A DNA stretch of 64,000 bases from Lepidodermella squamata (lineage: Eukaryota; Animalia; Gastrotricha). The stretch covers positions 1,612,001 to 1,676,000 of the forward strand of contig JBLDXI010000024.1 of NCBI GenBank assembly GCA_047495785.1, written 5' to 3'. The notes below the pieces were generated by a model, which made no database searches, was not told where the DNA came from, and saw nothing but the letters and a program-made list of their open reading frames with translations. The position numbers and the translations under genes are program-made. Shown here piece after piece: positions 1 through 11,998 of this stretch (positions within the stretch are counted from its first letter, which is position 1; every line of letters starts with the position of its first letter).

Positions 1-2895
1 ACGCTGTTGGTCCTCTTCCTGTGGCAACAACAGCAGCAGGCACTGTTCCCAATGGATATCCAAGTGGCTACAACCCAGCTCCCACTCGCTTAGCAGCTCT
101 TCAGTTCTTCGAGACAAAAGGAATGACCTTAGACGACAAAGACTCTGCTGGAAAAACGTTGATTTCCTACGCTTGCCCAAATGACGATAGTGTCTTCTAT
201 TACATCGCTACTAAAGCAAATGTTTGTGCTACAGATTGCCCCAAGCGCTCGACGGTAATTTTTCTTTCTCGTAAAAACCGCAAAAGGTTTGACTTTTTTA
301 ATGAATTTTGCTTGTAGAATGCTTTGCTAACAGCTGTAATCTGCGGGAACTTGGACGCTGTAAATGCCGCTCTAGCGATTACAGGAACTGATCCGAACAC
401 AATTGATCCATCGTCGAGAGAAACTGTTTTGCACATCGCAATCAGGAAGAATTCATTGGCTATTGTAAATGCTCTTCTTGCGAAAGGCGCTGATGTTGAG
501 AAAAGAACTCCGGTCGCCAATGCCGCAACAGCCGTACCCGGTGGCAATACTGCAATCATACTAGCCGCTAGTTTTAGCTGTGGGATCGATAATATCGAAC
601 TGATCAAGGCGATTCTAGCGAAAAATCCGCAGATAAATGCTGCGAACGAAAGAGGCCTTACAGCACTTCATTACGGATCATGCAAAGGCGCTGTTATCGA
701 GTTACTAATCGCTGCTTCCGCCAATGTCAACGCGATCGATGTTGAAGGCAATACAGCTTTAATGCGAGCGACGAATGAAGTTCGAGATAGTTTGCTGATT
801 TCTCGAGTCAACAAATTCCTGAGCGCTACTGGTTTCGACTTAGCGAAAACCAACAGTCAAGGTAGAAATGTTCTATGGTTTGCAGCGGGTCCGTTTCAGC
901 CTTCAAGTGGCTCAACCTTCACCGCTGCAGATATGTCTGCATTGAGACTCGAGGCCTTGAAACTTTTCGAAAGCAAGGGCTTGAGTCTTGATGCCAAGGA
1001 CAATTCTGGAAAGACTCTGACATCCTATTCGTGCCAGTTCGACGAGACAATTTTCAACTACATTCTTAGCAAAACTTCTTGCCCTGCAGATTGCGTCAGG
1101 TGCGCAGATGTGAGTCCAAATTCTTTTCTCTACAGCAGAATTTTCAAGATTGTTATTTCCAGTCCGCTCAAAAACTTGTGACCGCAGTTCAGAATGGAGT
1201 TCTAGCAGATGTTACAAACGCTCTAAGCTCTGGAGCTGATCCAAACACCATCGACCCAGCTACAGGCTGGAATGTGATTCACTTAGCTATTCGGAAAAAC
1301 CAAGCATCGATTGTTTCGGCCCTGATAGCCGCTGATAAGATCAACCTTGAGGTAAAGACTCCTGTTCAAGTGACGACGATAACTGGGACAAATTTGGTAG
1401 CAACAATTGGCGGCATGACACCACTAATCCATGCAGCTTTTGTCAGTTCGAGCTGCGCCTTCGACAACACAGACACAATTCGCAGCCTTGTAGCTAAGAA
1501 TGTCAATATTAACGCCAAAGATTCACAGGGCAATACAGCTCTGATTTACGGTGGCTGTACTTCGGCGGTGACCGATGTGCTGCTAGCTGCATCGACCCCA
1601 GCCGATCCTAATGCAGCGAATGCTGAAGGAATGACAGCGGCGATGAGAGCGACCATCGATGCTAGGCCAAATACTGTTGAACGGCTGGAAAAACTGTTCA
1701 ATGCTAGGGCTGATTTGGCTAAACGGGACAACAGGGGCCAAACTGTTCACTGGTACGCTGCTTCACCGTTACCACCTCCATCATCGACCTCCTCAACCGC
1801 ATCTGGTACTAGCTCCACAGCTGCGATCAGGCTTGCAGCTCTCAAGTTCGCTGAAAGCAAGGGCGTGCCCTTGAATGATAGGGATGCAGCTGGACGACTG
1901 TTGGTGTCATTTGCGTGTCAGAACGCTGTTGGAGATCAGAACGCTGATTCAGTTTTCAACTACATCTTATCAAAAACCTCCTGCCCGGCCGATTGCTCAA
2001 AATGTGTTTCCACCGTAAGTTCTTTTGTTCTAAAAGCGATAAGATTCTCTAAGTTCCATTCAAGGTACCGGTTTCGATCCTGGACAACGTCAGAAATAAC
2101 CACTATGACGCTGCTAAATTAGCACTTGCCAATGGAGCCAACGTGAATACTATCGATACAGCGACCGGGGAATCTCTGATACACATTGCGATAAGGAACA
2201 ACAATGCCGATATGGTTCAGCTGCTGCTTGACAACCAAGCCAATGTCGAAGCTAGAACTCCAGCAACTTCAGGAGGAAATACTGCACTTCTCCTCGCAGT
2301 AGCCTTAAATTGCGAGAAGAGTAACAACTTGATAGTGGAAAAAATCCTTACCTCCCGATCTTCGATCCAAGTGGACGCTGTAAATGGCAATGGCCAAACA
2401 TCTCTCCATTTAGGCGGATGTGGAACGAATATTCTCAAGTTACTCATGCAACGAGGAGCAAACTTGATTGCTCGAGATAATAAAGGGGCTACTCCTTTGA
2501 TGAGCGCAGCTTTCACTGTTCGTGGTGACTATCTCGCGAGGATTAAACTTCTTGTTGAAACTGCGGGGGTCAATACACCCGCCGGGTCTGGTACTCCACT
2601 TGTCGATAACGATGGTCGAAACGTCTTGTGGTACATCGTTGGCCCGGGTGAGAACCCTGCTGTAGCCACTATCGATTGGGTTCAAAACCGACTAGACGCA
2701 CTTGCTTACTTCTTCGGAGTAACTGATGGCCCGAGTTTGTTCAACTCGACCGATAAATCGGGGAAAACGCTGCTTATGCAAGCTTGTCAGTCGACGATTA
2801 ACAAGCGTATCTTCGACTTCATTTCGCAGAAATTGGCCTCATGCCCTGCAGCTTGTAGTTTGTACTGCTCGACAAGCGCAACATCGGGCAAGTAG
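1..2895 (+). CDS. Multi-module ankyrin-repeat protein, 5' end outside window; exons <1-254, 318-1109, 1163-2014, 2065-2895
   Basis: Ankyrin motifs (ETVLHIAIRKNS, GNTAIILAA, GLTALHYG, GNTALMRA) in ORFs 324-1181, 1079-2122 and 2143-2895. Three GT-AG introns (255-317, 1110-1162, 2015-2064), all phase 0, join these into one frame ending at TAG 2895. Confidence 0.9.
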
Positions 2896-3013
2896 GGCAA
2901 TAAGGTCGAACATCGAAAAATAACAAACTCTGTATCATTTCGAATTTCATCAAAAACTGTTGCGGTGATATAGCTTCCCCCGTGAGCTTTTATATCTTCT
3001 AGATTCTATATAT

Positions 3014-3073
3014 AAAGCAGGTAATAATGCTATTGATTCGAGAAAAGCAGGTAATAATGCTATTGATTCGAGA
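3014..3073. repeat. Perfect 30-bp tandem duplication
   Basis: AAAGCAGGTAATAATGCTATTGATTCGAGA at 3014-3043 and 3044-3073, between two convergent genes. Confidence 0.95.
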
Positions 3074-3303
3074 CTACTGAAAATGATTGCTGAAAGCTGA
3101 AAGCTGAAAACTGACGAGAATGAATGGCTGACATGAACAAATCGAATGAAGGCTTTTTATGCCCTTCCTTCTGATTGAAACTATGTTCATGTTGACTCCT
3201 AACTATACGTAAACAATACTCGCAAAAGCATCAGTTTTATTATCAATCAGTTCTCCAAGCAAAAGACTGGAAAATTAGGCGTTTATGCATGGAACCACCA
3301 AGA

Positions 3304-4762
3304 CTACACCGATTTCAGAAAAGCAAACATAAGAACCAACGCAATCCAAACTTGGGTATTTCCTCGGGGCACAAGAGAATCAGACTTGGCAATCGCGACA
3401 GTGCTGATTAGATCAATTTTCGGGTAGTCCTTAGAAGCCAATGTCGAACTGTAAGATGCAACGAATGTTGTAGAATTTTCAAATGTAGCATTCGAGGTTG
3501 TCGTGATAGCAGCAACGGTTGTTGTAGTTGTTGTAGTTGTTATTGACGAGAACACGAAGGGTTTTGCTCCACACGACTCAGCTGATTTGAACATGTTTGG
3601 GTCGAACTTTCCTGCGATAATATTGGAATCACTTGGCAATAAAATCATCAAAATCTTACGGCAAACAGCCTCAGGTTTCACGGAGCTTTCCAGTGGGAGA
3701 TCTTCCAAACATTGCTGGCAAGTTAGAGATTTTTCGCAAAATTTCCCAGTCAGTAAGTGGTTGTTGATCTCTGGATTCACGGTGCAGGTGTTGCCTTGCT
3801 TCAAATCAACAGCAGACCCTTTGATAACACATAGCTCCACCTTATCAAAGGTGTTTGAATCTGAGTTCAGGCTTGTTATTGTTGTTTTGACTGCTATCGA
3901 AGTATCACAATCACAGGTATTGTTTTGACAAGTGAGGAAATTCTTCCAAACTCGTGGGTAGAATTTATCATCTCCAAACCCAGCGCATTCAGCATCTGCC
4001 GTGCAGTTGTCGCCGATTTTGCGTGGAACACAAGCCATTTTATTCATGTCCAGGTACTCGAATGGCAACGTACATCCACATTGCTTGCTGGGTAGGCATT
4101 TCGTCTTCTCAACGCCGCAATCAGTGTCATTCTCGCACTTTTCTGGTAACCCGCACCCATTTCCGATTTGATTGAAATTACAGGTGACTTTTTTCCTAAC
4201 CGAATCGCATTTAGCCAGCGGGATAGTAATTATCTCAGTTTCGGATCCAGGTGTGCAATTAGCGTCCAAATCGTTCAAATACTTGACTACAACAAAATGT
4301 AATTAATAATTATAGAAATTCGCAAAACAAACACTGACTTGCTGTGCAATTTTTAGAATTTGGATCCCTTTTCGCACAGCCACTGCACAGGCAAGCTCTT
4401 GTTTTACATGGCGGACTCTTCAGTAAATAAATGAGTTATTAACAATAAAATTCGAGAAACAAACATCTTACCAGACTAGAAAATGACTCGCATATCTCGG
4501 ATGAACTGCAAGTGTTATTCGATTCGGTGCAATCTATAAAATTTTCCAAGTTTCAAACATAAAAGTTAATTATTGTAACAATCATTTTACTGACTTATAG
4601 CGAAATTTATCAAGTTCCCATTTAGGAGAATCGTTTCCACGCTGAAAAGCCAAGCAGCAAACCCGAGAACCGAAACCTGAAATCGAGGTACATAGAATTT
4701 TGAAATTTAAACCTGAGCTAATGGATACAAAATATTACGTTGATGATGGCACCGAGCTTCAT
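3304..4762 (-). CDS. Cys-rich (EB/EGF-like) secreted or GPI-anchored surface protein with Thr-rich stalk
   Basis: Hand-spliced small exons give MKLGAIIN|VSVLGFAAWLFSVETILL... (signal-like), NCTESNNTCSSSEIC and SPPCKTRACLCSGC, joining ORF 3304-4278. That ORF has EB-like Cys spacing (CVPRKIGDNCTADAEC), a poly-Thr stalk and a hydrophobic C-terminus (VWIALVLMFAFLKSV). Probable in-frame intron 3612-3659. Confidence 0.75.
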
Positions 4763-5102
4763 TCCTAGCACCGTAAAATGCTTTTTATTTACCTGCGGTA
4801 GCTCTTAATATACGAGGATGACAAGGGTAAAAAGGTTGTGGAGCTATTCGTGCAGGACGTGAGACTTTTGTCCTTAATAATGTTGCATGTTCTTTGTAAT
4901 TTATTTTCATTTTTTTGGCCGTTTGTCATTGTCGCGCGATGACCGTTAAGTGTATTTATGCTGCCGATGCCTGGACGAGCCGCTTAACATTCCTGTTCGC
5001 CACTTAATCAAGTCAGTGAGGCAATAAACTCCGCAGATGTGGGTCAAACAAAAAAGTAACGGTGTGTAATAAATGTATGCAAGCCTCTGATTCATCGTAA
5101 TG

Positions 5103-6512
5103 GTCACGTGACTCTCTTCGCAACGCACAATCGATCGCAGGTGCGCCGTGGTTAATAAAATCGAATTGCTCCGGGTCAAAAAGACGATTTCAGACGGAAA
5201 AGGCACGACACCTATAAGTCAAAATTCGGCTAATCACTTACAAGTATCAAAACACGATGAAAAATATTGGCGGGAAGTTTGAACGGAAATCTTGAAAAAT
5301 AATCGATTTTCCAGCTAATTTACTGCAAGTCGAGAGATTTTCGTCGAGTTTACAGCGAAATTATATTCTGGGCCATTCAGCTATTTGTTCTATAGCGTCG
5401 AGACCTGATGGCAATTTATTTAATAAAAATTCGTCGACTTACGATCAGATTTCGATCTAAGCCTGAAACGGTGTAATATTTTTAGTTACCGGAGAAAATT
5501 CCGAGAATAAGAGTCACGGATAGTCACGTGAGATCTATCTATATTGGCTATATATTACACCTGCCCGTGTCTGAGTTAGACACTACAGGGGTGAAGTTCA
5601 TTATTAGCGCCGTTTTTTATCCTTTTGTTTGTCTTGACGGAAATTTCACCTAGTTAGGAGATCCTCCACAAGCGTCATGTGATTTTAATTTGTCCGCGTC
5701 AGGTGGCCAAAAAGCCGCTGTTTTTTCAACGCGTCTCTCTCCACACGACTTGAAACCGGAGACTCTTACGTTATAAGAAAGCAGCTTCACTGTGATTAAT
5801 GTGAATTATTACGTTCGCGTAAATTGCTTGCACGAGAAGCACATGAAAATACCTACGCTGTAGCCTAGTTTTTTTAGCGATTCCCGTCGGAGGAAAAAAT
5901 CAATTTTTTCCACGCGTTTTTTGTCCAAACTCAGCATCAGTTGATACATGTTTTGCTAAGGAATCAAAGTAAATATACAAGGTGCCTTTAATTCCGTGCT
6001 GATGTTTGATGCATGTTGGTCTTCGATAGCGTTGATCTAATCTTATTAATATCTCAAAAATTGGGTCACAGAATGAATTTATAATTCACAAAATTGCGCC
6101 AATTAATTCATTCCTTTTTTGCTTGCAGCATCCATTTTGATACTCGATTTGCTTTCTTATTATAGTGGCTGAAATTATAAAGTGTCTGTGGTGGATGATG
6201 CCCTTGTAAGCCGGTTTCTTTTTGTCCCTTTGGGGAGCGCAGATGCCGGCGCTCTCTTCTTCGCTCTTTTAGGGAGTGATTTGCTCAAAAAACTAATAGG
6301 CTTATAATAATTCTCTAAGATAATGCGCGATATATAGTGCCTATATTCATCGCCGATGAATTTATATTATATTCCGGCGCAAATAGACACACATAAAAAA
6401 ATCACTTGAGTATTGCGCGAGGAAAAATGCGAAACTTGAAAATTACAGATTTAACTTGGCTTGTTTATTCTTTATACCCTTGATATATATCAGTAGATAG
6501 ATATCACGTGAT
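5103..6512. promoter_or_regulatory. Cluster of E-box/CLEAR-like palindromes in the divergent intergenic region
   Basis: GTCACGTGAC 5103-5112, GTCACGTGAG 5523-5532, GTCATGTGA ~5674-5682 and ATCACGTGAT 6503-6512. Function is inferred only. Confidence 0.35.
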
Positions 6513-6629
6513 CGAGGTTGGCGAAATCGATAATGTAAACCAGACTAATTAAATTAGCTTCAATTCGCCAACCCTTGAATTTTTCGACCTTTTTCTTTTG
6601 TGTCGTATATAGGAACATTACAGGACAGC

Positions 6630-8739
6630 ATGTTGCCGCACGTCAGGGCTCGCGGTTATTGCGCCCTGATGCGCCTCGCAATAACTGGTTGCGCGCTTTT
6701 GTTGGGCGCATTTTCACTCCTGATTTCAGCTAGTTTTTTCGTCATCACGTCAACTTTCACCACTAATCTACATCCTGTAACTGCACCATTTTTATCACCT
6801 GACCCTACGAACAGCTATCCTGATGAAATCGCAGCTGTTGTTGACCCAATACAGCTTCATCAGAATCCTTGCTCATCGATTCATCAGGTTTGAAAAACCG
6901 AAATTTGAATTTTTATTAATTATTAATTTGTTCATTTTGCAGAGTTCACCTGTCGCAGAAAAGTTGTGTCAACGGCGGAAAAGAGTTGAGTCAGTTTGCG
7001 AAAGTGAATACCCTCGCCACTATTCATGGTTCCATGACCTCAACTACGGCAGATTATCAAATCGGTATGAGCACTTTCTTTCGACAAAAATTCCCTTATT
7101 TTACTTAAATCTTAGAAAATTCCCGAAAAATTTTTTGGTCAACGAAAAAGCGAAAATATTATACTGCAGGTGAAATTAAATTTTTAAGAGTGTAATTTGT
7201 AAAAATAAAATTGAATTTTCAGCATTCCCAAGATCGCGTCGACAACGTGGCGAAATTACCTCACAAAGCTGATGCAAGTGCTCGATCTTGCGCAAAATGC
7301 AACCAATGCAGAGATTAGCCCAAAAGAAGAAGATGGAGAAGGTGGAAGTTTACGACGTCTTTCAGATTACTCGCCGGAACAAGTTAATGACATTCTCAAA
7401 AAATACACCAAGATTGTATGGGTCAGAGATCCACTTCAGCGCCTCATTTCGGTAAGAGCGAAAATTGCAAAGAAAAACCATGAAAATTCGGTCAAATTAA
7501 TTTTAATTCTAGGCCTGGAAAGACAAGCTCTCAAGGAACAACTCATACTACTCTAAGGTATGTTATCTCTATCTCTAAGGATGTGCTGAATAGGCAACCT
7601 AAAATTTTGGGTTCCAGCACTACAGCAACCGAAGTTTTTCCGAAAATAGGGTTTCTCGAGTTTCACGTACCAAAAGTCTCAATATTTCAATTTTCATGCC
7701 TATCGACGGTTAGATCAGACTGTTAGACGTGTTTTGCGGCATCGGCGGGCAATTTACGAGTTATACTTTAGCCTTTAGCCTGTGGAGCTGATATCGATTC
7801 CAAATATCGATTTTACAATTCAGTGATTTTTTCGATTTCAGCAGTCAGTAAATCCAACATTTAACAATTTTTTAGCTGATGATACCTGGCAGCTAACATA
7901 AGAATTCCAAAGTCATGGGAGGGGGGGGGGGGGAGGAAGGGGGGGGGGGGCCATCAAGAAAAAAAGAAGCCGAAATCGCGAAATGCAAAAATTTAGTGCT
8001 GGAACCTCATTTTAGTGGTGAAAATATGTTGACCTAATTATTTGATTGTGATTTTTTAATTATTTTAAGGCGATCGGCTCCGTGATAATTAGCCGTTATC
8101 GCACGAACGCTAGTTCAAGTGACATCAACGAAGGTTACCCGTCAACCCTCGAAGAATTTTTCCGATACCTAGATGATGAACCAGTTCGAACCTACGATGT
8201 GCATTGGTATGAATTGAAAAAATTTCAGCAATTAACCATAAACTGGGCTATTTTTTTCTGAAATTTGTAGGAAATCTCAGGATCAAATGTGTCTGTTGTG
8301 TAAAATTCACTGGGATTATTACGGCGCTTTCGAAAACATGCAATCAGAATCGAATTTCATCATGGCGCAAAGTTTATTGGCGGCGAATTACGGCAACTGG
8401 AGCGATGACGGCGGCCAGGTTGGCCGATACCGCCAAATTCGTGACGGTAGCCTGCCGCATCTATTTAACGCTTCAATCACTTCTTCAACGAACCAAAATG
8501 ATACACTAACTGCAACACTGCCAAAGTTGCCAATGCTGAACAGGGCGATGAATGCAGCCAACGATGTGACGGCTGCGATTTCTCAAATTCCGGTGCAACT
8601 CCTCGAGCGCGTACTGACGCGCGGCTTCAAGCGTGATTTCAAAATCCTCGGCTATGCTATGCCGGCTTTTTCCACGTCGGGCAGTATTGATCAACAACGG
8701 CTAACGTCAAACAGCGATCTTTCACTCGCACATGTTTGA
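6630..8739 (+). CDS. Carbohydrate sulfotransferase (CHST8-14/HNK-1 ST family, Sulfotransfer_2), ~7 exons
   Basis: Type II TM N-terminus. 5'-PAPS motif YC|SIPKIASTTW, 3'-PAPS motif WVRDPLQRLIS|AWKDK, YDVHW and C-terminal DFKILGY. GT-AG introns, including a long one at 7558-8069. Confidence 0.9.
7591..8036. mobile_element. Degenerate MITE-like element in the sulfotransferase intron, containing a G-tract (7917-7950)
   Basis: Inverted ends TAGGCAAC...GGTTCCAGCACTA (7591-7622) and TAGTGCTGGAACC...GTTGACCTA (7994-8036). Internal segments recur at ~35130-35362 and ~58221-58260. Confidence 0.6.
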
Positions 8740-9254
8740 ACAGTTTATTTTTGTAACGACAACACGTGACGCTTTAAAAGGGAAATTTGATATTTTTTAT
8801 CGTGTGTTTCATTGCTTTGTATTATTTTTTTGATCATGTCGCAATGTCTTCTGATGATTCTGGAAAAATTGCCAGATAAAAGCCATTGATTTTTACCACA
8901 TTTTTGTTTCGGTGAAAAAAATGAATCAGTAAAGCGATTTTCTGTGACAGAAGTTTACCATAAATTAACATTAACACATTTCGCCGGTTATAATATATAT
9001 TTTGGAAGGAGCTGAGGAAGATAATTGCTGTATTTTAGGAAATTTTGCATAAATTTGGACAATATAACTGCCTTGTGAGTTCTCAGATTTGCTAATCTGA
9101 TCCCCAGGGTTCAATTTACAAATATAATCAGCTGTCTTTTTTAACAAAAAAAGATCATTCTTCGGCGCATTCTTATACGGCCTAAAATTTCCTGATTTTG
9201 CACCCGAACTACAGGCGCAGATTTTTCTATTTTTTCACAGAGGGAGAGCAATTC

Positions 9255-9779
9255 CACTCTCACAGAAAAGACGGGTTTGATTAGTCTTCAAGGTGATTCA
9301 CATCTCTAAAGCACCTTACAGCAAAGGGATTCATAGCGCAGGCTGACAGATGACAAGATTCTCAGTCAGCCGGGGATGACTTTGAAAAAAAATTGAAATT
9401 TCCACGTCGCCTTGACAAAACGTCTAAATGTTAGAACTTCTTTTAAAGATGCCTTATCTAAGCGTCTTGCCGAGGCGTCTTAAAAAGACGACCTGGTATA
9501 GACGCCAAGATAAGGAAGGCGTCCTAGCATTAAGACGTCTTACCAAGGCGTCTTAGGGACTTGAAATTTTTTTCGAATGAAACTGTGCAAAAAATCCAGA
9601 TCATTACTCAAAACATCGCTCTCTGTTTTCAAGAGCGAGGTTTGAGAGGCTGGGTTGTGCGTGAGGTTGTCTGGCGTGGGTTCGAACCCCAGAGCTTACA
9701 TTGACATTATTATTTTTATTATTTTTATTTTATCTTGCGGTTTTTCGCATTATGCTAGCCCGTCTTTTCTGTAAGAGTG
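9255..9779. mobile_element. Non-autonomous DNA transposon (MITE) with 21-bp TIRs
   Basis: CACTCTCACAGAAAAGACGGG (9255-9275) vs CCCGTCTTTTCTGTAAGAGTG (9759-9779), 20/21 match. Internal array of AGACG/CGTCT motifs. No clear TSD. Confidence 0.8.
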
Positions 9780-11998
9780 CTTCAGGAATGCCCACGTCAA
9801 ATTTTATTCAAAATTTGGTGTAATTTACGAAGGAGATATGGCGTTGTCCCTAATAGACTTGCTGCTTTTTTCGAAAATTGAGTATATTGCTCCAATCACC
9901 CCGAACTTTACGTCTTTAGCAAGCTGGTAAATTGGAGATTTTTTCGCATTAATCCCTGTTTTTTTCTATCGTTCAGCTTAGCAAAGCTAAAAGTACCCAG
10001 AACTACCCCGCGTTACGGTAATCGTTAAAAGTCATCTAAAAGTAAAAAAGTTTCGTGCGCCATATTTTCAGTGACCTATATAACTGGAAGTATAGAGTGG
10101 AAATTTCGTATTTTTTTTGTAATAAGGCCATCATGACATTTGTACTTGTCCACATGAATGCAAAGCGTAAATGCTATGAAATAAGGAAGCTAGCGCAATT
10201 TCCGCGCGATCTCAAGCAGGTCCCTCGATGTCGCATGTCGCAGCTAGCTGAATTACGCGCAATAAAAACGGCACAAGCGCGCAGTCCAGCCTGTGCCGTT
10301 GTTTTTACGACAGCAACTCGCCTTCGAATTGTCGGATTGTATATTATCGCTAATATATATGCCGCACATCACGCAAAACATTATTGTGCCATTATTAATC
10401 GCTAAATAGAGGGCGTGTCTTGTGACACGGCTTATATCCAAAGAAAGCTGTGTGTGTGTGACCCTTTGATTGTAAGGCGTTATATTTACTTGTAAGAAGT
10501 AGCCATCGAAAGTTGTGTAATTACTTGGAGTCAAGATCTTGCGATTTATTGCCCCGGTGCGAGGCGCGTCACGCGGAGCTCAATTCATATATAGCTGTCC
10601 CTATGGGGTTTGAGCGTAATATGTGACAAAACGCGCATCTTTGTTTATGATAATAATTTAGAATAATATATTTCTAGTACGCCGTCCAAAAGGTTGCAAA
10701 TGATGCACCAGTTACTCAATAAAAAATTGAAATTTGAACCTTCCTTTTTAATGCGCCTTTTGTGGTTTCTATTCATTAAAACACCGCTATTATATTTGCG
10801 ATAGGTATCATATCTCATTCATCGCTTCATTTACAGCGCAACCTTATACACACATTTTGTAGCCATTTCGCACTTTTCAGAATTTTTTTTTACCACAAAC
10901 ATTTGGCCTATGGTGGACATATTTATGTATTATTTAGCCTGGAGCGCAATATTTGTAATTTTATTTTTTTCTGAATTTTCATTATTTTTATCGAGCGCAC
11001 TCTGTGATGACAGCTGTGATGATATAGGCAGTATATTTACAGCTAGATAATTAACCAGTCGCCTTAAATATTTTTCGGTTGCTGAAGCGGGTGGGTTCTG
11101 ATTACATTATTATTATAGCTGTTATTATTATATTTATTTGAGGAGGCGAAAAATCGCGCGCTTGTCGGGCACCACAAACTTTTGGCGTCGTTATAATAAT
11201 AATAATAATTTCGCCTCATTCGACGATGTTGATGATAATAATCGGCACTTTTTCTTGTACTTGGCATTAATAATCGCCTGCTTTCTACTTCTGTCGATGG
11301 CCATCGCTGTGGTGATGGTAGTATTATGAAAACAAAGGCGGAAGCGATGAAAGAGGCCATGAGATGATCATTATCAGCAGTACTATAGCGCGCGATGGTA
11401 TAATCGTAATGTACACAAATATAAAAGGCATCGAATTCGCAAAAACTTGAGTTTACGCTGATATAGTCTCAAGATTGCAACCGGCTGCGGCCAGACCTTC
11501 ACCGCGATTTATTATAATAATATCTATATCATTTGCTATATATTTAGCTCGAGTAATAACTTTGTTGTATAAAACAATGGCCGGTTCAATCACGATTTGT
11601 TTCCATTAAATTACCGAATAATAACAACCCCATCGAAAGCTATTTACCACAGCCTCAAGAGAGCAGCCTATATTGCGATTTTTTTATCTATCATTTTTGT
11701 CCCTCGCCATCGATTTTAAGAGCATATATACAACTAATCAATACTATATACTGCATTATATTATGACATTCAATGCCGTAATTATCTATTTTACATTTTA
11801 TTATTTCTGCTCAATCACCTTGCGTTGCTTTCCGCCACTCACCATTTCGCCGCTCTATTGTAAAAACGTTATAAATAATGCATCAATCTGACTATAGCCG
11901 TGGTAATAATAATTGTCATTATTTCTGGCTTTTATTTTTTAGGTACAATAACTCTAACTTTTTATGCCGAATCGTTGACTGCACGGCAGTAGCCTGGC

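Noticed and set aside
1-2895. Horizontal transfer of the ankyrin gene from an endosymbiont, or programmed frameshifting between overlapping ORFs
   Set aside because: Canonical phase-0 spliceosomal introns explain the frame changes. Nothing in the sequence indicates bacterial origin.
9660-9700. Possible second tRNA gene (GGTTCGAACCC)
   Set aside because: No acceptor stem, D-arm or anticodon arm could be folded. Kept only as a B-box inside a MITE.
11064-11360. Overlapping ORFs 11064-11360(-) and 11138-11329(+) with poly-Asn/Tyr and a hydrophobic stretch
   Set aside because: Explained by AAT/TAT microsatellites. No splice partners or domain found.
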